A DNA stretch of 64,000 nucleotides, taken from Candidatus Parcubacteria bacterium (GTDB taxonomy: Bacteria; Patescibacteriota; Minisyncoccia; UBA6257; JAGOQP01). Position 1 is the stretch's first letter. Each line of letters begins with the position of its first letter. Below are positions 41,102-50,703 of this stretch, in pieces. A model generated the notes under the pieces. The model was not told the DNA's origin. It ran no database searches and saw only the letters and a list, made by a program, of their open reading frames with translations. The DNA lies in assembly GCA_025999395.1 (NCBI GenBank), contig AP024682.1:69386-133385 (forward strand), given 5' to 3'. A program made the position numbers and the translations under genes.

Positions 41102-41130
41102 AGCCCGACATTGTCGGGCTTTTTCTTTTG
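41102..41130 (+). terminator. rho-independent terminator of the SPFH cassette
   Basis: AGCCCGAC-auu-GUCGGGCU followed by UUUUUCUUUU, 9 nt after the stop codon. Confidence 0.8.
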
Positions 41131-41191
41131 TGTTAGTTCATTAATTCTAGTTAAGACCAATTTTTCAGAACAACAAATACAAATAAAAAAC

Positions 41192-41221
41192 AAAAAGCTG
41201 CTTGATAAAAGCAGCTTTTTG
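41192..41221. terminator. bidirectional hairpin terminator between the SPFH cassette and the paralog array
   Basis: AAAAAGCTGCTT-gataa-AAGCAGCTTTTT is a 12-bp perfect stem flanked by A/T runs, 25 nt downstream of the minus-strand gene 41247..41630. Confidence 0.7.
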
Positions 41222-41246
41222 TAACTTTTGTAAAAATTAATCTTTT

Positions 41247-41630
41247 TTACATCAATCCTCCTCCGGAAGAAAGCGATCTTTGGACAAAATAAACAATGGT
41301 GTAGGAAAGAAGTCCAACCGCAATTCCAATCACTGCATACATCAACATTTTTTTGGCTGTGCCAACCTTCGTTTGATCTCCTTTACTGGTGACGAAGTTG
41401 TAAGCCGCCAAAATAATAAACAGCGTAGCAACGATGAAAAGAATAGTGTAAATCCATTGCACAATCTTAACAAAGACTCCTACTCCCTCACCAATTGTTG
41501 TTGGACCAGTTACTGGCACTGGTGGAGGAGGGGGTTGACCGGGAGTAAACTGAGCAAGAGCAACTAAAGAACCAGTTATTCCCCAAACCAGCAAAAGAGT
41601 GCTAGCACCTAATAAAATCTTTTTAATCAT
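41247..41630 (-). CDS. paralog 1 of 7: small secreted two-helix membrane protein (VirB2/TrbC-pilin-like architecture)
   Basis: 127 aa; signal peptide; Pro-rich variable segment (GQPPPPPVPVTGP); conserved C-terminal module ILAAYNFVTSKGDQTKVGTAKKMLMYAVIGIAVGLLS. Confidence 0.6.
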   Translation of the reverse strand: MIKKILLGASTLLLVWGITGSLVALAQFTPGQPPPPPVPVTGPTTIGEGVGVFVKIVQWIYTILFIVATLFIILAAYNFVTSKGDQTKVGTAKKMLMYAVIGIAVGLLSYTIVYFVQRSLSSGGGLM

Positions 41631-41730
41631 AGTTATTTTTTATTCTCTTTTAGTTATTTTTTATTCTCTTTTATAAACGACCTTTCTTAAAAATTAATTT
41701 TAACTTACTTTGAAATTGTAGCATATTTTT

Positions 41731-42123
41731 TTAAAAAAGGAAGAATCTCATCTGCCCAGAACCCTCTAACAAGAAGTTTTGTATTAAAATTGAAATGCCC
41801 CCCGACATTAAAGCGACAACGATTGCCACAATCGCCCACTTAATCTGATTTTTGGCGTTTTTAACTTTTGTTTCATCTCCTCGGGAAAAAACAAAGTTGT
41901 AGGCTGCTAGAATAATAAACAAAACCGCCACTAAAAAGAAAAAGGTATAAACATAGCCAATAATTCGATAAATCATCAGCCAAATCTGGTTTGGAGCCTC
42001 TATTGGTGAGCCAGTAATATTTTGAGGACCCTGGGGAGTAAATCTAGCCGCTTCTGTCAATAACAGATATCCCCAAAAAAACACGAGGAAAAATATTGAA
42101 ATAAGCTCTTTTTTGTTTTTCAT
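41731..42123 (-). CDS. paralog 2 of 7: small secreted two-helix membrane protein
   Basis: 130 aa; signal peptide; variable N-region; conserved module ILAAYNFVFSRGDETKVKNAKNQIKWAIVAIVVALMSGGISILI. Confidence 0.6.
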   Translation of the reverse strand: MKNKKELISIFFLVFFWGYLLLTEAARFTPQGPQNITGSPIEAPNQIWLMIYRIIGYVYTFFFLVAVLFIILAAYNFVFSRGDETKVKNAKNQIKWAIVAIVVALMSGGISILIQNFLLEGSGQMRFFLF

Positions 42124-42149
42124 AAAAAATATTAATATAGACCTTCTTT

Positions 42150-42563
42150 TTAAGAGGCGGCGGAAAGAAAGCTTCCAATAATAAGAGAAATTCCTCCCGA
42201 CACCAAAGCGACAATAATTGCGATCACCGCATATTTAATTTGAGCTTTGGCTGTTTTTAATTTGTTTTCATTAGTCCCTCCTGTCAAAAAATTATAAGCC
42301 GCTAAAATCAAGAAAAGAATAGCGACAACAAAAAAGGTGTCGAAAATAACAATTACAATATTGTAAACTAAATCGTAAACATCTTCATAATGTTTTAAGG
42401 GAGAGGCTTGCTCTATTTCACGAGGTACAATATTAATATCCTGGGGTTTAATAATAGCCTTTACTTTATTTGCATATGAGACTAAAAGATAGAAAGAAAT
42501 AATCGCCCAAGAAAGAAGTTTGTCTTTTTTTTCTAAGAAAAAATTCATAAAAATAAAAAACAA
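42150..42563 (-). CDS. paralog 3 of 7: small secreted two-helix membrane protein
   Basis: 137 aa; conserved module ILAAYNFLTGGTNENKLKTAKAQIKYAVIAIIVALVSGGISLIIGSFL. Confidence 0.6.
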   Translation of the reverse strand: MFFIFMNFFLEKKDKLLSWAIISFYLLVSYANKVKAIIKPQDINIVPREIEQASPLKHYEDVYDLVYNIVIVIFDTFFVVAILFLILAAYNFLTGGTNENKLKTAKAQIKYAVIAIIVALVSGGISLIIGSFLSAAS

Positions 42564-42575
42564 AATTTTAATTTA

Positions 42576-43001
42576 TTATGAACCAGCTTTTTCAAGAAAA
42601 GAACCAATAATCAAAGAAACACCACCCGATATTAATGCCACCACAATTGCAATCACCGCATACTTAAGTTGAGACTTAGCTTTTCTTAATTTATCCTCAT
42701 TAGTACCGCCAGATAAAAAGTTATAAGCCGCCAAAAGAATAAACAAAATAGCCGCGGCGCCAAAGGCCATATAGATGTAATTTACAATGCTTACAATTAC
42801 ATTCTCCACAAACTTATAAGCATCTGCTTCACTACCTGTTACCACTGACTGCTCCTTGAAAGGAGCAATGGTTTTTTCATCAAGAGCAGCAAAGGCAATC
42901 ATATTTCCGAAAAATAAAAAGAAAAAGAAAAAAGCTAAACCATTCTTCAATAAAAGATGGAGAGAAGCCTTTTTTGTTTTTTTTAGGAACTCTTTTCTCA
43001 T
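42576..43001 (-). CDS. paralog 4 of 7: small secreted two-helix membrane protein
   Basis: 141 aa; conserved module LLAAYNFLSGGTNEDKLRKAKSQLKYAVIAIVVALISGGVSLIIGSFL. Confidence 0.6.
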   Translation of the reverse strand: MRKEFLKKTKKASLHLLLKNGLAFFFFFLFFGNMIAFAALDEKTIAPFKEQSVVTGSEADAYKFVENVIVSIVNYIYMAFGAAAILFILLAAYNFLSGGTNEDKLRKAKSQLKYAVIAIVVALISGGVSLIIGSFLEKAGS

Positions 43002-43044
43002 AAGCCTCTATAAAAAAATAACTCCTAATTCTTGATTAATCAAC

Positions 43045-43428
43045 TCAACTTCCCGCTGATTGAAGAAAGCTTTTGATAATAAGAGAGACTCCTCCCGCTA
43101 CCAAAGCAACAACAATGGCAACAACCGCAAATTTCAATTGGTTTTTTGCTTGCTCAACTAACTTTGCGTCCTGCCCTGCCCTTAGATAAGTAAAAGCAGC
43201 CCATAGTATTGCGCCCACCGCCGCTATAAAGAAGATCGTGTACATATAACCAACAATTCTTTGAAGAACACCGATAATATCATTAACACTTTTTATTGGG
43301 GAATCAATTTGGTCATTATTTTGGTTATTATTACTATCCGCCCCATAAACAGAAAAAGCTCCCAACAAACCCAAAGCCAACACTATTAAAAGGTAATAAG
43401 CTCTTTTAAGATAGAAAGTCTTCTTCAT
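43045..43428 (-). CDS. paralog 5 of 7: small secreted two-helix membrane protein
   Basis: 127 aa; Asn/Gln-rich variable N-region; conserved module WAAFTYLRAGQDAKLVEQAKNQLKFAVVAIVVALVAGGVSLIIKSFL. Confidence 0.6.
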   Translation of the reverse strand: MKKTFYLKRAYYLLIVLALGLLGAFSVYGADSNNNQNNDQIDSPIKSVNDIIGVLQRIVGYMYTIFFIAAVGAILWAAFTYLRAGQDAKLVEQAKNQLKFAVVAIVVALVAGGVSLIIKSFLQSAGS

Positions 43429-43466
43429 ATTCTAAATACTAACATCTTAATTTTAAAAAGTAAAAA

Positions 43467-43865
43467 CTAAGGCAAAACCTGTTCTACTTTAGATGAATCT
43501 ATTCCCAAAATTTCAGCCAAGATATAAATAATTCCACTAGAAATTAAAATCACTACCGCTCCAATAGCAGCGTAGGTGAGAGTTTTTTTGCCTTGTTTAA
43601 ATTTATTTTCATTATCTCCCGCGGTAAGCATTTGAAAACCGCCAATCAAAAACATAATTGTTAAAATTGGCATCGAAACTTTAATCATATAGTTAATGGT
43701 ATCTTTAAGAATGGTAGAAAAGGTTCTCCCTCCCAAGGGATTGTGCAATTCCACAGTTTCGCTTCCGCTATCAGCAGGACCCCCGGGTTGACCTCCGCTT
43801 TGAGCAAAAGAATTCTGCGCTTTTAAAACAAAAAAAAGAAAAATCCAAAATAATTTTTTAATCAT
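43467..43865 (-). CDS. paralog 6 of 7 (divergent): small secreted two-helix membrane protein
   Basis: 132 aa; Gly/Pro-rich variable N-region; module FQMLTAGDNENKFKQGKKTLTYAAIGAVVILISSGIIYIL. Confidence 0.55.
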   Translation of the reverse strand: MIKKLFWIFLFFVLKAQNSFAQSGGQPGGPADSGSETVELHNPLGGRTFSTILKDTINYMIKVSMPILTIMFLIGGFQMLTAGDNENKFKQGKKTLTYAAIGAVVILISSGIIYILAEILGIDSSKVEQVLP

Positions 43866-43923
43866 AAAAATTTAATTTGAAAAATTATATCACTTATTCT
43901 AAAAAATAAAAACTTTTTTGTGC

Positions 43924-44367
43924 TTACTTTTGAATATTTAAAAATCCCACTAAAGTATCAACAATTAGCCAAGCCCCAAAAGCAATCAATAAAGCAATTA
44001 TAACCGACCTGATATAATCCTTTCCCTTAGAAAAGCGAGACTCGTTTCCTGCCGAAGTCATCATCAAAAATCCTCCCACAATAATCCAAATAACCCCTAC
44101 CGGCAAAGCAATATAAAACAAAGCAAACTGAATAATTCTGTCGACCATCACCCAGAAATGAGGAAAGGTGCAGTAAACCCCATTATATCCGCAAGGAACC
44201 AGACCTTCGTTGCTACTGCACTCAAGTCTGGAGTTTTCATCACAAGGAACCGCCAAAACACTCGAGGAAAAGATACTAAAAAAAGCCAATAGTACTGGGA
44301 GAAAAAGAAAAATTTTTTTGGGGAAAGAAAAAAGATTCATCTTTTTCTTTATTTTAATTGAAAACAA
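43924..44367 (-). CDS. paralog 7 of 7 (most divergent, Cys-rich N-region): small secreted two-helix membrane protein
   Basis: 147 aa; mature N-region has 5 Cys (PCDENSRLECSSNEGLVPCGYNGVYC); module FLMMTSAGNESRFSKGKDYIRSVIIALLIAFGAWLIV. Confidence 0.5.
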   Translation of the reverse strand: MFSIKIKKKMNLFSFPKKIFLFLPVLLAFFSIFSSSVLAVPCDENSRLECSSNEGLVPCGYNGVYCTFPHFWVMVDRIIQFALFYIALPVGVIWIIVGGFLMMTSAGNESRFSKGKDYIRSVIIALLIAFGAWLIVDTLVGFLNIQK

Positions 44368-44383
44368 TAAAAATAAGCAAGAA

Positions 44384-45697
44384 CTACTTTCGGTAAAAAT
44401 AATTAATTTCTGTTTCCGCAGCCTTTAGAGCTTGCCTTCTTTGAATTTTTCCGGAAAGAACATCAGAGATGGTTTTTTTCAAAACCTCTCTTATAGCTGG
44501 ATAATTAGCTTTGGGCCACGTCTTGGCAATCAGAAAACCCTTCAGAAAGGGAGCGTTCTCCTGCTCTAACCCTTGATTGATAAGAGATTTTAAGGCTGGA
44601 AGATGGTTAGCTGTCTGTAAATACTGGCTATATAAAGTAGGATTGGTAACAAAAAACTTAATAAAATGCCAAGAAACATAAGGATTGGGAGATTGAGCCG
44701 AAACCCCTAACCCCCAATAATCAGCTAAATTCGCTTGGCGAGAAAAACTCGCTCCCTTTATCTGAGGAAGAGGAGCCACTCCAAAATTCAAGAAGGGATT
44801 TTTTTCTTTTATCTTAGCTAAAGAGCTGTAAAAATCGATCATCATCGCTAATTTTCCAGCCGCAAAAGCAGACAGAGAATCTTCTAAGCCTTCATTCCAA
44901 GTATAGTAAGGATTGAGAGGATCAGAAAACTGGAGATAAAAATCAAAAGCTTTTTGAGCATTGGCATCAAAAGAAATTCCTCCTTCCGAAGAAGCAATTG
45001 GGGATCCGGATTGAATCATTAGCAAAGTTAAAATTTCGGGGGCGTTATTGATGTTAACAGAAGTACCCAAAGCAATGGCCGGCACAGAAATTTTTTTACT
45101 TTCATCAAGCTCTCTTATCTTTAAAACATCATCTAAAACTTCTTCCCAATCAGAAGGAGGAAAAACAACTCCTTTGGCACTAAAAATATCTTTGTTATAA
45201 ATTAAAGCCAAGGAATCCAAATAAAGCGGCAGAGCATAAACATTGTTTGATAAAACAAAATCCTTAAAAACCACCTCCGGATAAATTTGAGAGACCAATT
45301 GAGGAGTGATAACTTTAGCGGGCGCTGGCCTCAACTTTCCCCAATTTTCATTCACCCAAGAAGAGTGGACCATAAAAATATCAGGCCCCCTTCTTTCTGC
45401 CAAAGCATTAACTAATTCTTTCTGATAAGCCTCGGGATCATCAAACTTAAAATAACGAATTTCCACATTTTTGTAGAGGTTCTTGTAAGCCTGAATAACC
45501 CCCTCAAAGGCGCTCGCTGGATCTCCCATCCCCCAAATAGTTAATTGAACTTTGCCGGTGGGAAAATCAGGATCGCCGCTTACCTGTCCCTTCTTTTGAA
45601 AAATGGGTAAAATCCCAACAGCTCCCAAAACAATTACAAGAATTATAAAGAATCCAATCCCGAGAATAATAATTTGATTTTTATCAAAAGCGGGCAT
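44384..45697 (-). CDS. membrane-anchored extracellular solute-binding protein (ABC-type SBP family 1-like), orphan
   Basis: 437 aa; N-terminal TM anchor; MalE-like SBP fold features; no adjacent permease or ATPase genes; 16-bp gap to paralog 7. Confidence 0.6.
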   Translation of the reverse strand: MPAFDKNQIIILGIGFFIILVIVLGAVGILPIFQKKGQVSGDPDFPTGKVQLTIWGMGDPASAFEGVIQAYKNLYKNVEIRYFKFDDPEAYQKELVNALAERRGPDIFMVHSSWVNENWGKLRPAPAKVITPQLVSQIYPEVVFKDFVLSNNVYALPLYLDSLALIYNKDIFSAKGVVFPPSDWEEVLDDVLKIRELDESKKISVPAIALGTSVNINNAPEILTLLMIQSGSPIASSEGGISFDANAQKAFDFYLQFSDPLNPYYTWNEGLEDSLSAFAAGKLAMMIDFYSSLAKIKEKNPFLNFGVAPLPQIKGASFSRQANLADYWGLGVSAQSPNPYVSWHFIKFFVTNPTLYSQYLQTANHLPALKSLINQGLEQENAPFLKGFLIAKTWPKANYPAIREVLKKTISDVLSGKIQRRQALKAAETEINYFYRK

Positions 45698-45750
45698 AGT
45701 TTTTACTTCTTCTTAATATAACAAAAAAATTATCGAAAAGCACCGGCAGT

Positions 45751-48246
45751 CTAAACGCAGGTTATAGCTACAATCTTATCCCCTTCCTTAACCTTCATCA
45801 CTCGCACTCCGCTGGTAGCTCGAGAGCTTTGGCGAATGTCAGAAATTTTAGTTTTGATCACCTGTCCTTTCGCTGAAAGAACAATGAGTTCTTCTTCCTC
45901 AGAAATAATCCGGCAGGCTACCAAATTACCGGTTTTGGAGGTGATTTTAGCTGTCTTTATTCCTTGCCCTCCTCGAGATTGAATTTTGTATTCTTTGAGC
46001 AAAGTTCTTTTAGCAAATCCCTTTTCACTTACAACCAGAAGAGATTGCTTGCCGATCAATTCTTTGCCCACAGAGTGTTTAATAATGTCCATTCCCACTA
46101 CCGCATCACCATTTTTTAATTTTATTCCAGTCACCCCCGAAGCGTTTCTTCCCATTGCTCTTAACTGAGATTCCTTAAAGCGAATAGATTGTCCCTTGGC
46201 ACTAACAATAATTACTTCATCATTTCCGCTCGAAAGTTTAACCCACTTTAATGAATCGCCCTTCCTTAAATTAATAGCAATAATTCCACTTCGGCGAACA
46301 TTGCTGAATTCTTCTAAATCAGTCTTTTTAATAATCCCTTCTTTAGTAGCCATAATCAGATATTTAGCCTCAGAAGACTTTGAATCATAGGCTACTAAAG
46401 CTTGAATGCTTTCCGAAGGAGAGATGTTTAAAAAGTTATGGATCATTTTCCCTTTCGAAACTCGCGAACCCTGAGGAATCTCGTAGACTTTAGTTTGGTA
46501 AACCTTTCCGCTATCAGTGAAGAATAAAATGTTGTCGTGAGTATTAGCTAAAATAAGATGAGTAAGAAAATCATCCTCCCCCACCTCTGAAGCAATAATT
46601 CCTCTCCCTCCTCTTCCTTGAACCTTAAACAAAGAGGGATTAACTCTTTTAATATAACCACTAGCCGACAAAGTAATGATTGTTTCCTCTTGAGCAATTA
46701 GGTCTTCATCTTTAAATTCGGTTAGTTGTTCTTCTACTACTTGAGTGCGCCGAGGATCAGCGTATTTTTCTTTAATTTCCAAAAGTTCTTTTTCAATCAC
46801 CTCTAAGATCTTTTGAGGAGAAGAAAGAATAATTTCATATTCCTTAATTAATCTTCTTTTTTCTTTTAATTCATCATCGATTTTTTTCCTTTCCAAAGAA
46901 GCTAAGGTTTGAAGTTTCATTTCCAAAATTGCTGTGGCTTGAATATCGGTTAACTTAAATTTAGCCACCAAGTTTCGGTGAGCTTCTTCTTTATCTTGAG
47001 ATTTCTTAATCGTAGCAATTACCGCATCAATATTATCTAAGGCTTTGGCAAGCCCTTCCAAAATGTGAGCTCTTTCTTTAGCACGCGCCAAATCAAATTC
47101 GGTGCGTCGGCGAACAACATTTTGGCGATGAGTTAAATAATGTTCTAGAATCTCCTTCAAAGACAAAAGCTGAGGTTGAATACCATTCACCAAAGCAATC
47201 ATATTCAGATGAAAATCTTTCTGAAGATCGGTATTTTTGTAAAGTTGATTCAAAACTTTTTGAGGAGCAGCATCGTTTTTTAGCTCAATTACAATAGAAA
47301 GCCCCTCTTTGTCGCTCTCATCTCTCAAATCCTTTATTCCTTCAATTCTTTTTTCCGCCACCAGCTGAGCAATTTTTTGAATCAATTCGGACTTATTTAC
47401 CCGATAAGGAATTTCGGAAATCACAATGTTGTATTGCCCCAATTTTCTTTCTACAATTTCTGCTTTTGCTCGGCAGGTAATAGATCCTTGTCCGGTAGCG
47501 TAAGCTTCTTGTAATTTTTTGCCACCATAAATAATCCCTCCGGTAGGAAAATCAGGACCTTTAATAAAATTTAGTAACTGAGCAGTGGTTGCGGAAGGGT
47601 TTTTAATAAGAAAGAGGGTAGCATCAATTACCTCCCCTAAATTATGAGGAGGAATATCCGTAGCCATTCCCACCGCAATCCCCACCGAACCAAAAATTAA
47701 AAGATGGGGGATTTTGGCAGGTAATACCACCGGCTCTTGCCGAGAAGCATCGTAGTTAGGAACAAAATCAACGGTATTTTTTTCAATATCTACCAAAAGC
47801 TCTTCAGCAATTTTAGAAAGGCGACACTCGGTATATCTCATTGCCGCCGGCGAATCTCCGTCAACACTTCCCCAGTTTCCCTGACCATCAATTAAGGGAT
47901 AGCGCAAAGAAAAATCCTGCGCCATTCTTGCCAAAGCATCATAAACCGCAATATCTCCGTGAGGATGATAACGCCCCAACACTTCTCCCACCACATTAGC
48001 TGATTTTCGATACTTAGCTGAGTGAGTTAAGCCGCTTTCCCACATTGCCCACAAAATCCTTCGGTGAACCGGCTTTAAGCCATCGCGAACATCGGGTAGG
48101 GCGCGGGCCACAATCACTGACATCGCGTAATCCAAATAAGAAGTTTCCAACTCCTTAGTAATTTCCGCTTCAATCACCCTTCCTTCTTTTTGATTTTCCT
48201 TTTTAGAAGAATCGTCTTCCAAAAAGTTTTTCTTTTTATTAGCCAT
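45751..48246 (-). CDS. gyrA: DNA gyrase subunit A
   Basis: 831 aa; active-site region AAMRYTE(C)RL; C-terminal beta-pinwheel repeats. Confidence 0.95.
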   Translation of the reverse strand: MANKKKNFLEDDSSKKENQKEGRVIEAEITKELETSYLDYAMSVIVARALPDVRDGLKPVHRRILWAMWESGLTHSAKYRKSANVVGEVLGRYHPHGDIAVYDALARMAQDFSLRYPLIDGQGNWGSVDGDSPAAMRYTECRLSKIAEELLVDIEKNTVDFVPNYDASRQEPVVLPAKIPHLLIFGSVGIAVGMATDIPPHNLGEVIDATLFLIKNPSATTAQLLNFIKGPDFPTGGIIYGGKKLQEAYATGQGSITCRAKAEIVERKLGQYNIVISEIPYRVNKSELIQKIAQLVAEKRIEGIKDLRDESDKEGLSIVIELKNDAAPQKVLNQLYKNTDLQKDFHLNMIALVNGIQPQLLSLKEILEHYLTHRQNVVRRRTEFDLARAKERAHILEGLAKALDNIDAVIATIKKSQDKEEAHRNLVAKFKLTDIQATAILEMKLQTLASLERKKIDDELKEKRRLIKEYEIILSSPQKILEVIEKELLEIKEKYADPRRTQVVEEQLTEFKDEDLIAQEETIITLSASGYIKRVNPSLFKVQGRGGRGIIASEVGEDDFLTHLILANTHDNILFFTDSGKVYQTKVYEIPQGSRVSKGKMIHNFLNISPSESIQALVAYDSKSSEAKYLIMATKEGIIKKTDLEEFSNVRRSGIIAINLRKGDSLKWVKLSSGNDEVIIVSAKGQSIRFKESQLRAMGRNASGVTGIKLKNGDAVVGMDIIKHSVGKELIGKQSLLVVSEKGFAKRTLLKEYKIQSRGGQGIKTAKITSKTGNLVACRIISEEEELIVLSAKGQVIKTKISDIRQSSRATSGVRVMKVKEGDKIVAITCV

Positions 48247-48288
48247 AAACCTCTTTGATAATTTTAAACAATATTAACTTTCAAAATC

Positions 48289-48585
48289 TTATTCAAAACC
48301 CTCCACTAGACCCTTCATTATAAAGGAAAAATTAAGAAGGCCAGTTACTATCTTTTCCTTTATAATTGAAATACCATTCTTAAAAGAACTCCAAAAATCT
48401 TTGATTCCCACAGCCTTTTCTGGAGCCGAAGTTTTTTCTGAAAAAAACAGCCATCTTCCCTCCACCACCAGCCAAATAACAAAAACCAAAAGAAAAATAA
48501 TCACCACTCCAATCCGAAACCACTTTTTTCTAACTTCGATGCTGGCGGAACGAATTTGTTCCAATTTTTCCCTTATACTTTTCAT
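48289..48585 (-). CDS. small membrane protein, hypothetical
   Basis: 98 aa; one TM; 4-bp gap to the upstream MBL-fold gene. Confidence 0.35.
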   Translation of the reverse strand: MKSIREKLEQIRSASIEVRKKWFRIGVVIIFLLVFVIWLVVEGRWLFFSEKTSAPEKAVGIKDFWSSFKNGISIIKEKIVTGLLNFSFIMKGLVEGFE

Positions 48586-48589
48586 AAAA

Positions 48590-49225
48590 CTAAATCTTAA
48601 AGGTAACGATTTTGGTCTTTTTAATCTCTACTAAATCCTTTTTCTTAAAAACAAATTTTTCCAGCATCTTTTCTACCTCGCCATTAAAATGAATTAAGAT
48701 TGCTTCTAGCCCTTGAGCCTTTCTTTTTAAGCCAGCCACTTTGTAAAAAGAAGGCAGATAAATCTTGGGATTAAGTTGCTTTACCAACTTAACCAATAAC
48801 TCCTGAGAAAGAAAAGGTTCACCGCCGGCAGGAGCAATTAAAACATCAACCTCTTCAAAATTTTCCAAAATTTCAGGCGAAGGAAGCAAAGAAAGATGCC
48901 CCAAAATCCCTATCACTATTTCTTCCCACTTAACAACAAAAGCACTTTTAAAAAATTTATCAGACGATTCGCTTTTCAAAGAAAAGCCTCTGATTTTAAT
49001 TTCTCCAATATCATATTCGCCCGCTCCCCAGATAACAAAATCAGCGTTATTTTTCTCAGCTTCTTGAGAAAATGGAAAGGGCCAAGGGGTTAGGCTTTTT
49101 ATCAAAATATTACTTCGAAAACGAGGGACACTAAATCCTAAATTAGCTTCCGGAGGATCAATCAAAATTGTTTTCTCTCCATTTTGAATTTTAAAGCATC
49201 CTTCTCCGTACCAAGAAATAATCAT
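48590..49225 (-). CDS. metallo-beta-lactamase-fold metal-dependent hydrolase (UPF0173-like)
   Basis: 211 aa; the N-terminus MIISWYGEGCFKI resembles the UPF0173 start MKITWxGHS; lacks the canonical HxHxDH motif, so may be degenerate. Confidence 0.6.
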   Translation of the reverse strand: MIISWYGEGCFKIQNGEKTILIDPPEANLGFSVPRFRSNILIKSLTPWPFPFSQEAEKNNADFVIWGAGEYDIGEIKIRGFSLKSESSDKFFKSAFVVKWEEIVIGILGHLSLLPSPEILENFEEVDVLIAPAGGEPFLSQELLVKLVKQLNPKIYLPSFYKVAGLKRKAQGLEAILIHFNGEVEKMLEKFVFKKKDLVEIKKTKIVTFKI

Positions 49226-49412
49226 AGCGTTTTAGCTAATTTTATTTAGAAAAATAAAAACTATAAAAAATGCTAAGTTTCTTGCTTAGCAATTTTAGCC
49301 ACAGCCATTTTAACACGCTTGCTCTTGCTTTGCAATAAAATTTTTAGTAGTATTCTCTTGCCTTTTTGATCTCTCTTCTAAAAGGCTCTCGTAGAACGAG
49401 AAATAAAAAAAT

Positions 49413-50534
49413 ATGCTTATTAACAAAACGGAAGAAACAAAAAAGTCTCAGGTTTTGGCAAAAATAATCAAAAACAATCCAAACCTAGTCGCTCCCTTAA
49501 AGGAGGGAGATTCTTTGGAGGGAGAACTTCTTTATAAAGATAATCGCTGTGCCTTCTTTGATTTGGAAGGAAGAGGAACAGGTATTTTATTTGGAGTAGA
49601 ATTTCTTAATGCCAAAGACATCCTTAAAAATGTTAATGTTGGCGAGAAATGTTCTTTAACGATTAGTGGCCCCGAAAATGAAGACGGCTACTTTGAGGTT
49701 TCTTTAATTAAAGCTTTGTGGAAACAAAATTGGCAGGAAGTAAAAAAGCTTAAAGAAGAAGGGGAAAGTGTGATTGTTAAAATCAGCGGCGCCAACACCG
49801 GCGGTCTTTTAACCGAACTTTTTGGAATCAAGGCTTTTATTCCGGTTTCTCAACTTTCTGCCCAAAACTATCCTCATGTAGAAGACGGAGATAAGAATAA
49901 AATTTTAGAAGAACTAAAAAAATTAATTGGTCAGGATTTAGAAGTAAAAGTTTTGGATTTTAATCCTAAAGAAGAAAAATTAATTCTTTCCGAAAGAGAG
50001 GTAACCGGTGAGGAGGTAAAAAAGAGTTTGGAGAAATACAAAGTAGGTGATGTGGTGGAGGTAATTGTTTCAGGGGTGGCTGACTTTGGAGTTTTCGTTA
50101 AATTTGCTGACGATCCCAATATTGAAGGGTTGGTTCATATTTCTGAAATCGATCATAAACTCATCGACTCTCCCAAAGAAGTAGTAAAAGTTAATGATTC
50201 GCTGAAAGCTAAAATTATTGAAATTAAAGATGGAAGAGTTTCCTTATCCTTTAAAGCCCTAAAGCCTAATCCTTGGGATGACGCTAAAAAATACTTTGCA
50301 GTTAATCAGGAGGTAAGAGGAAAGGTAACTAAAATTAACCCCTTTGGGGCTTTAGTTTACTTAGGCCATGATTTGCAGGGATTAATTCATGTTTCTGAAT
50401 TTGAAAATCAAGAAAAAATGAAAGCCACTCTAGAGATTGGTAAAGAATATGATTTCGTTATCACTCAACTGAAGCCCGAAGAAAAAAGAATTATTCTCAA
50501 GCTTAAGAGTAAAACTACCCAATCCGATAAGTAA
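49413..50534 (+). CDS. rpsA: 30S ribosomal protein S1 (four S1 domains)
   Basis: 373 aa; repeated S1/OB domains (GxV..V..FGAFV type). Confidence 0.85.
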   Translation: MLINKTEETKKSQVLAKIIKNNPNLVAPLKEGDSLEGELLYKDNRCAFFDLEGRGTGILFGVEFLNAKDILKNVNVGEKCSLTISGPENEDGYFEVSLIKALWKQNWQEVKKLKEEGESVIVKISGANTGGLLTELFGIKAFIPVSQLSAQNYPHVEDGDKNKILEELKKLIGQDLEVKVLDFNPKEEKLILSEREVTGEEVKKSLEKYKVGDVVEVIVSGVADFGVFVKFADDPNIEGLVHISEIDHKLIDSPKEVVKVNDSLKAKIIEIKDGRVSLSFKALKPNPWDDAKKYFAVNQEVRGKVTKINPFGALVYLGHDLQGLIHVSEFENQEKMKATLEIGKEYDFVITQLKPEEKRIILKLKSKTTQSDK

Positions 50535-50703
50535 AAATTTCCTAAAACCCTAATATCTGGAATCAATTCTTTGAAAGAAATTTTTATTTTGTCTCTCTTA
50601 AATTAAAAGCTTAAAATAAAGTAAGCCTTTAGTTTTAAAGGAAGGTTGTTATTTTTAAAAAAATAAATAAAATTAAACTGGTCAAGAAATAAAAGAAATA
50701 GTT

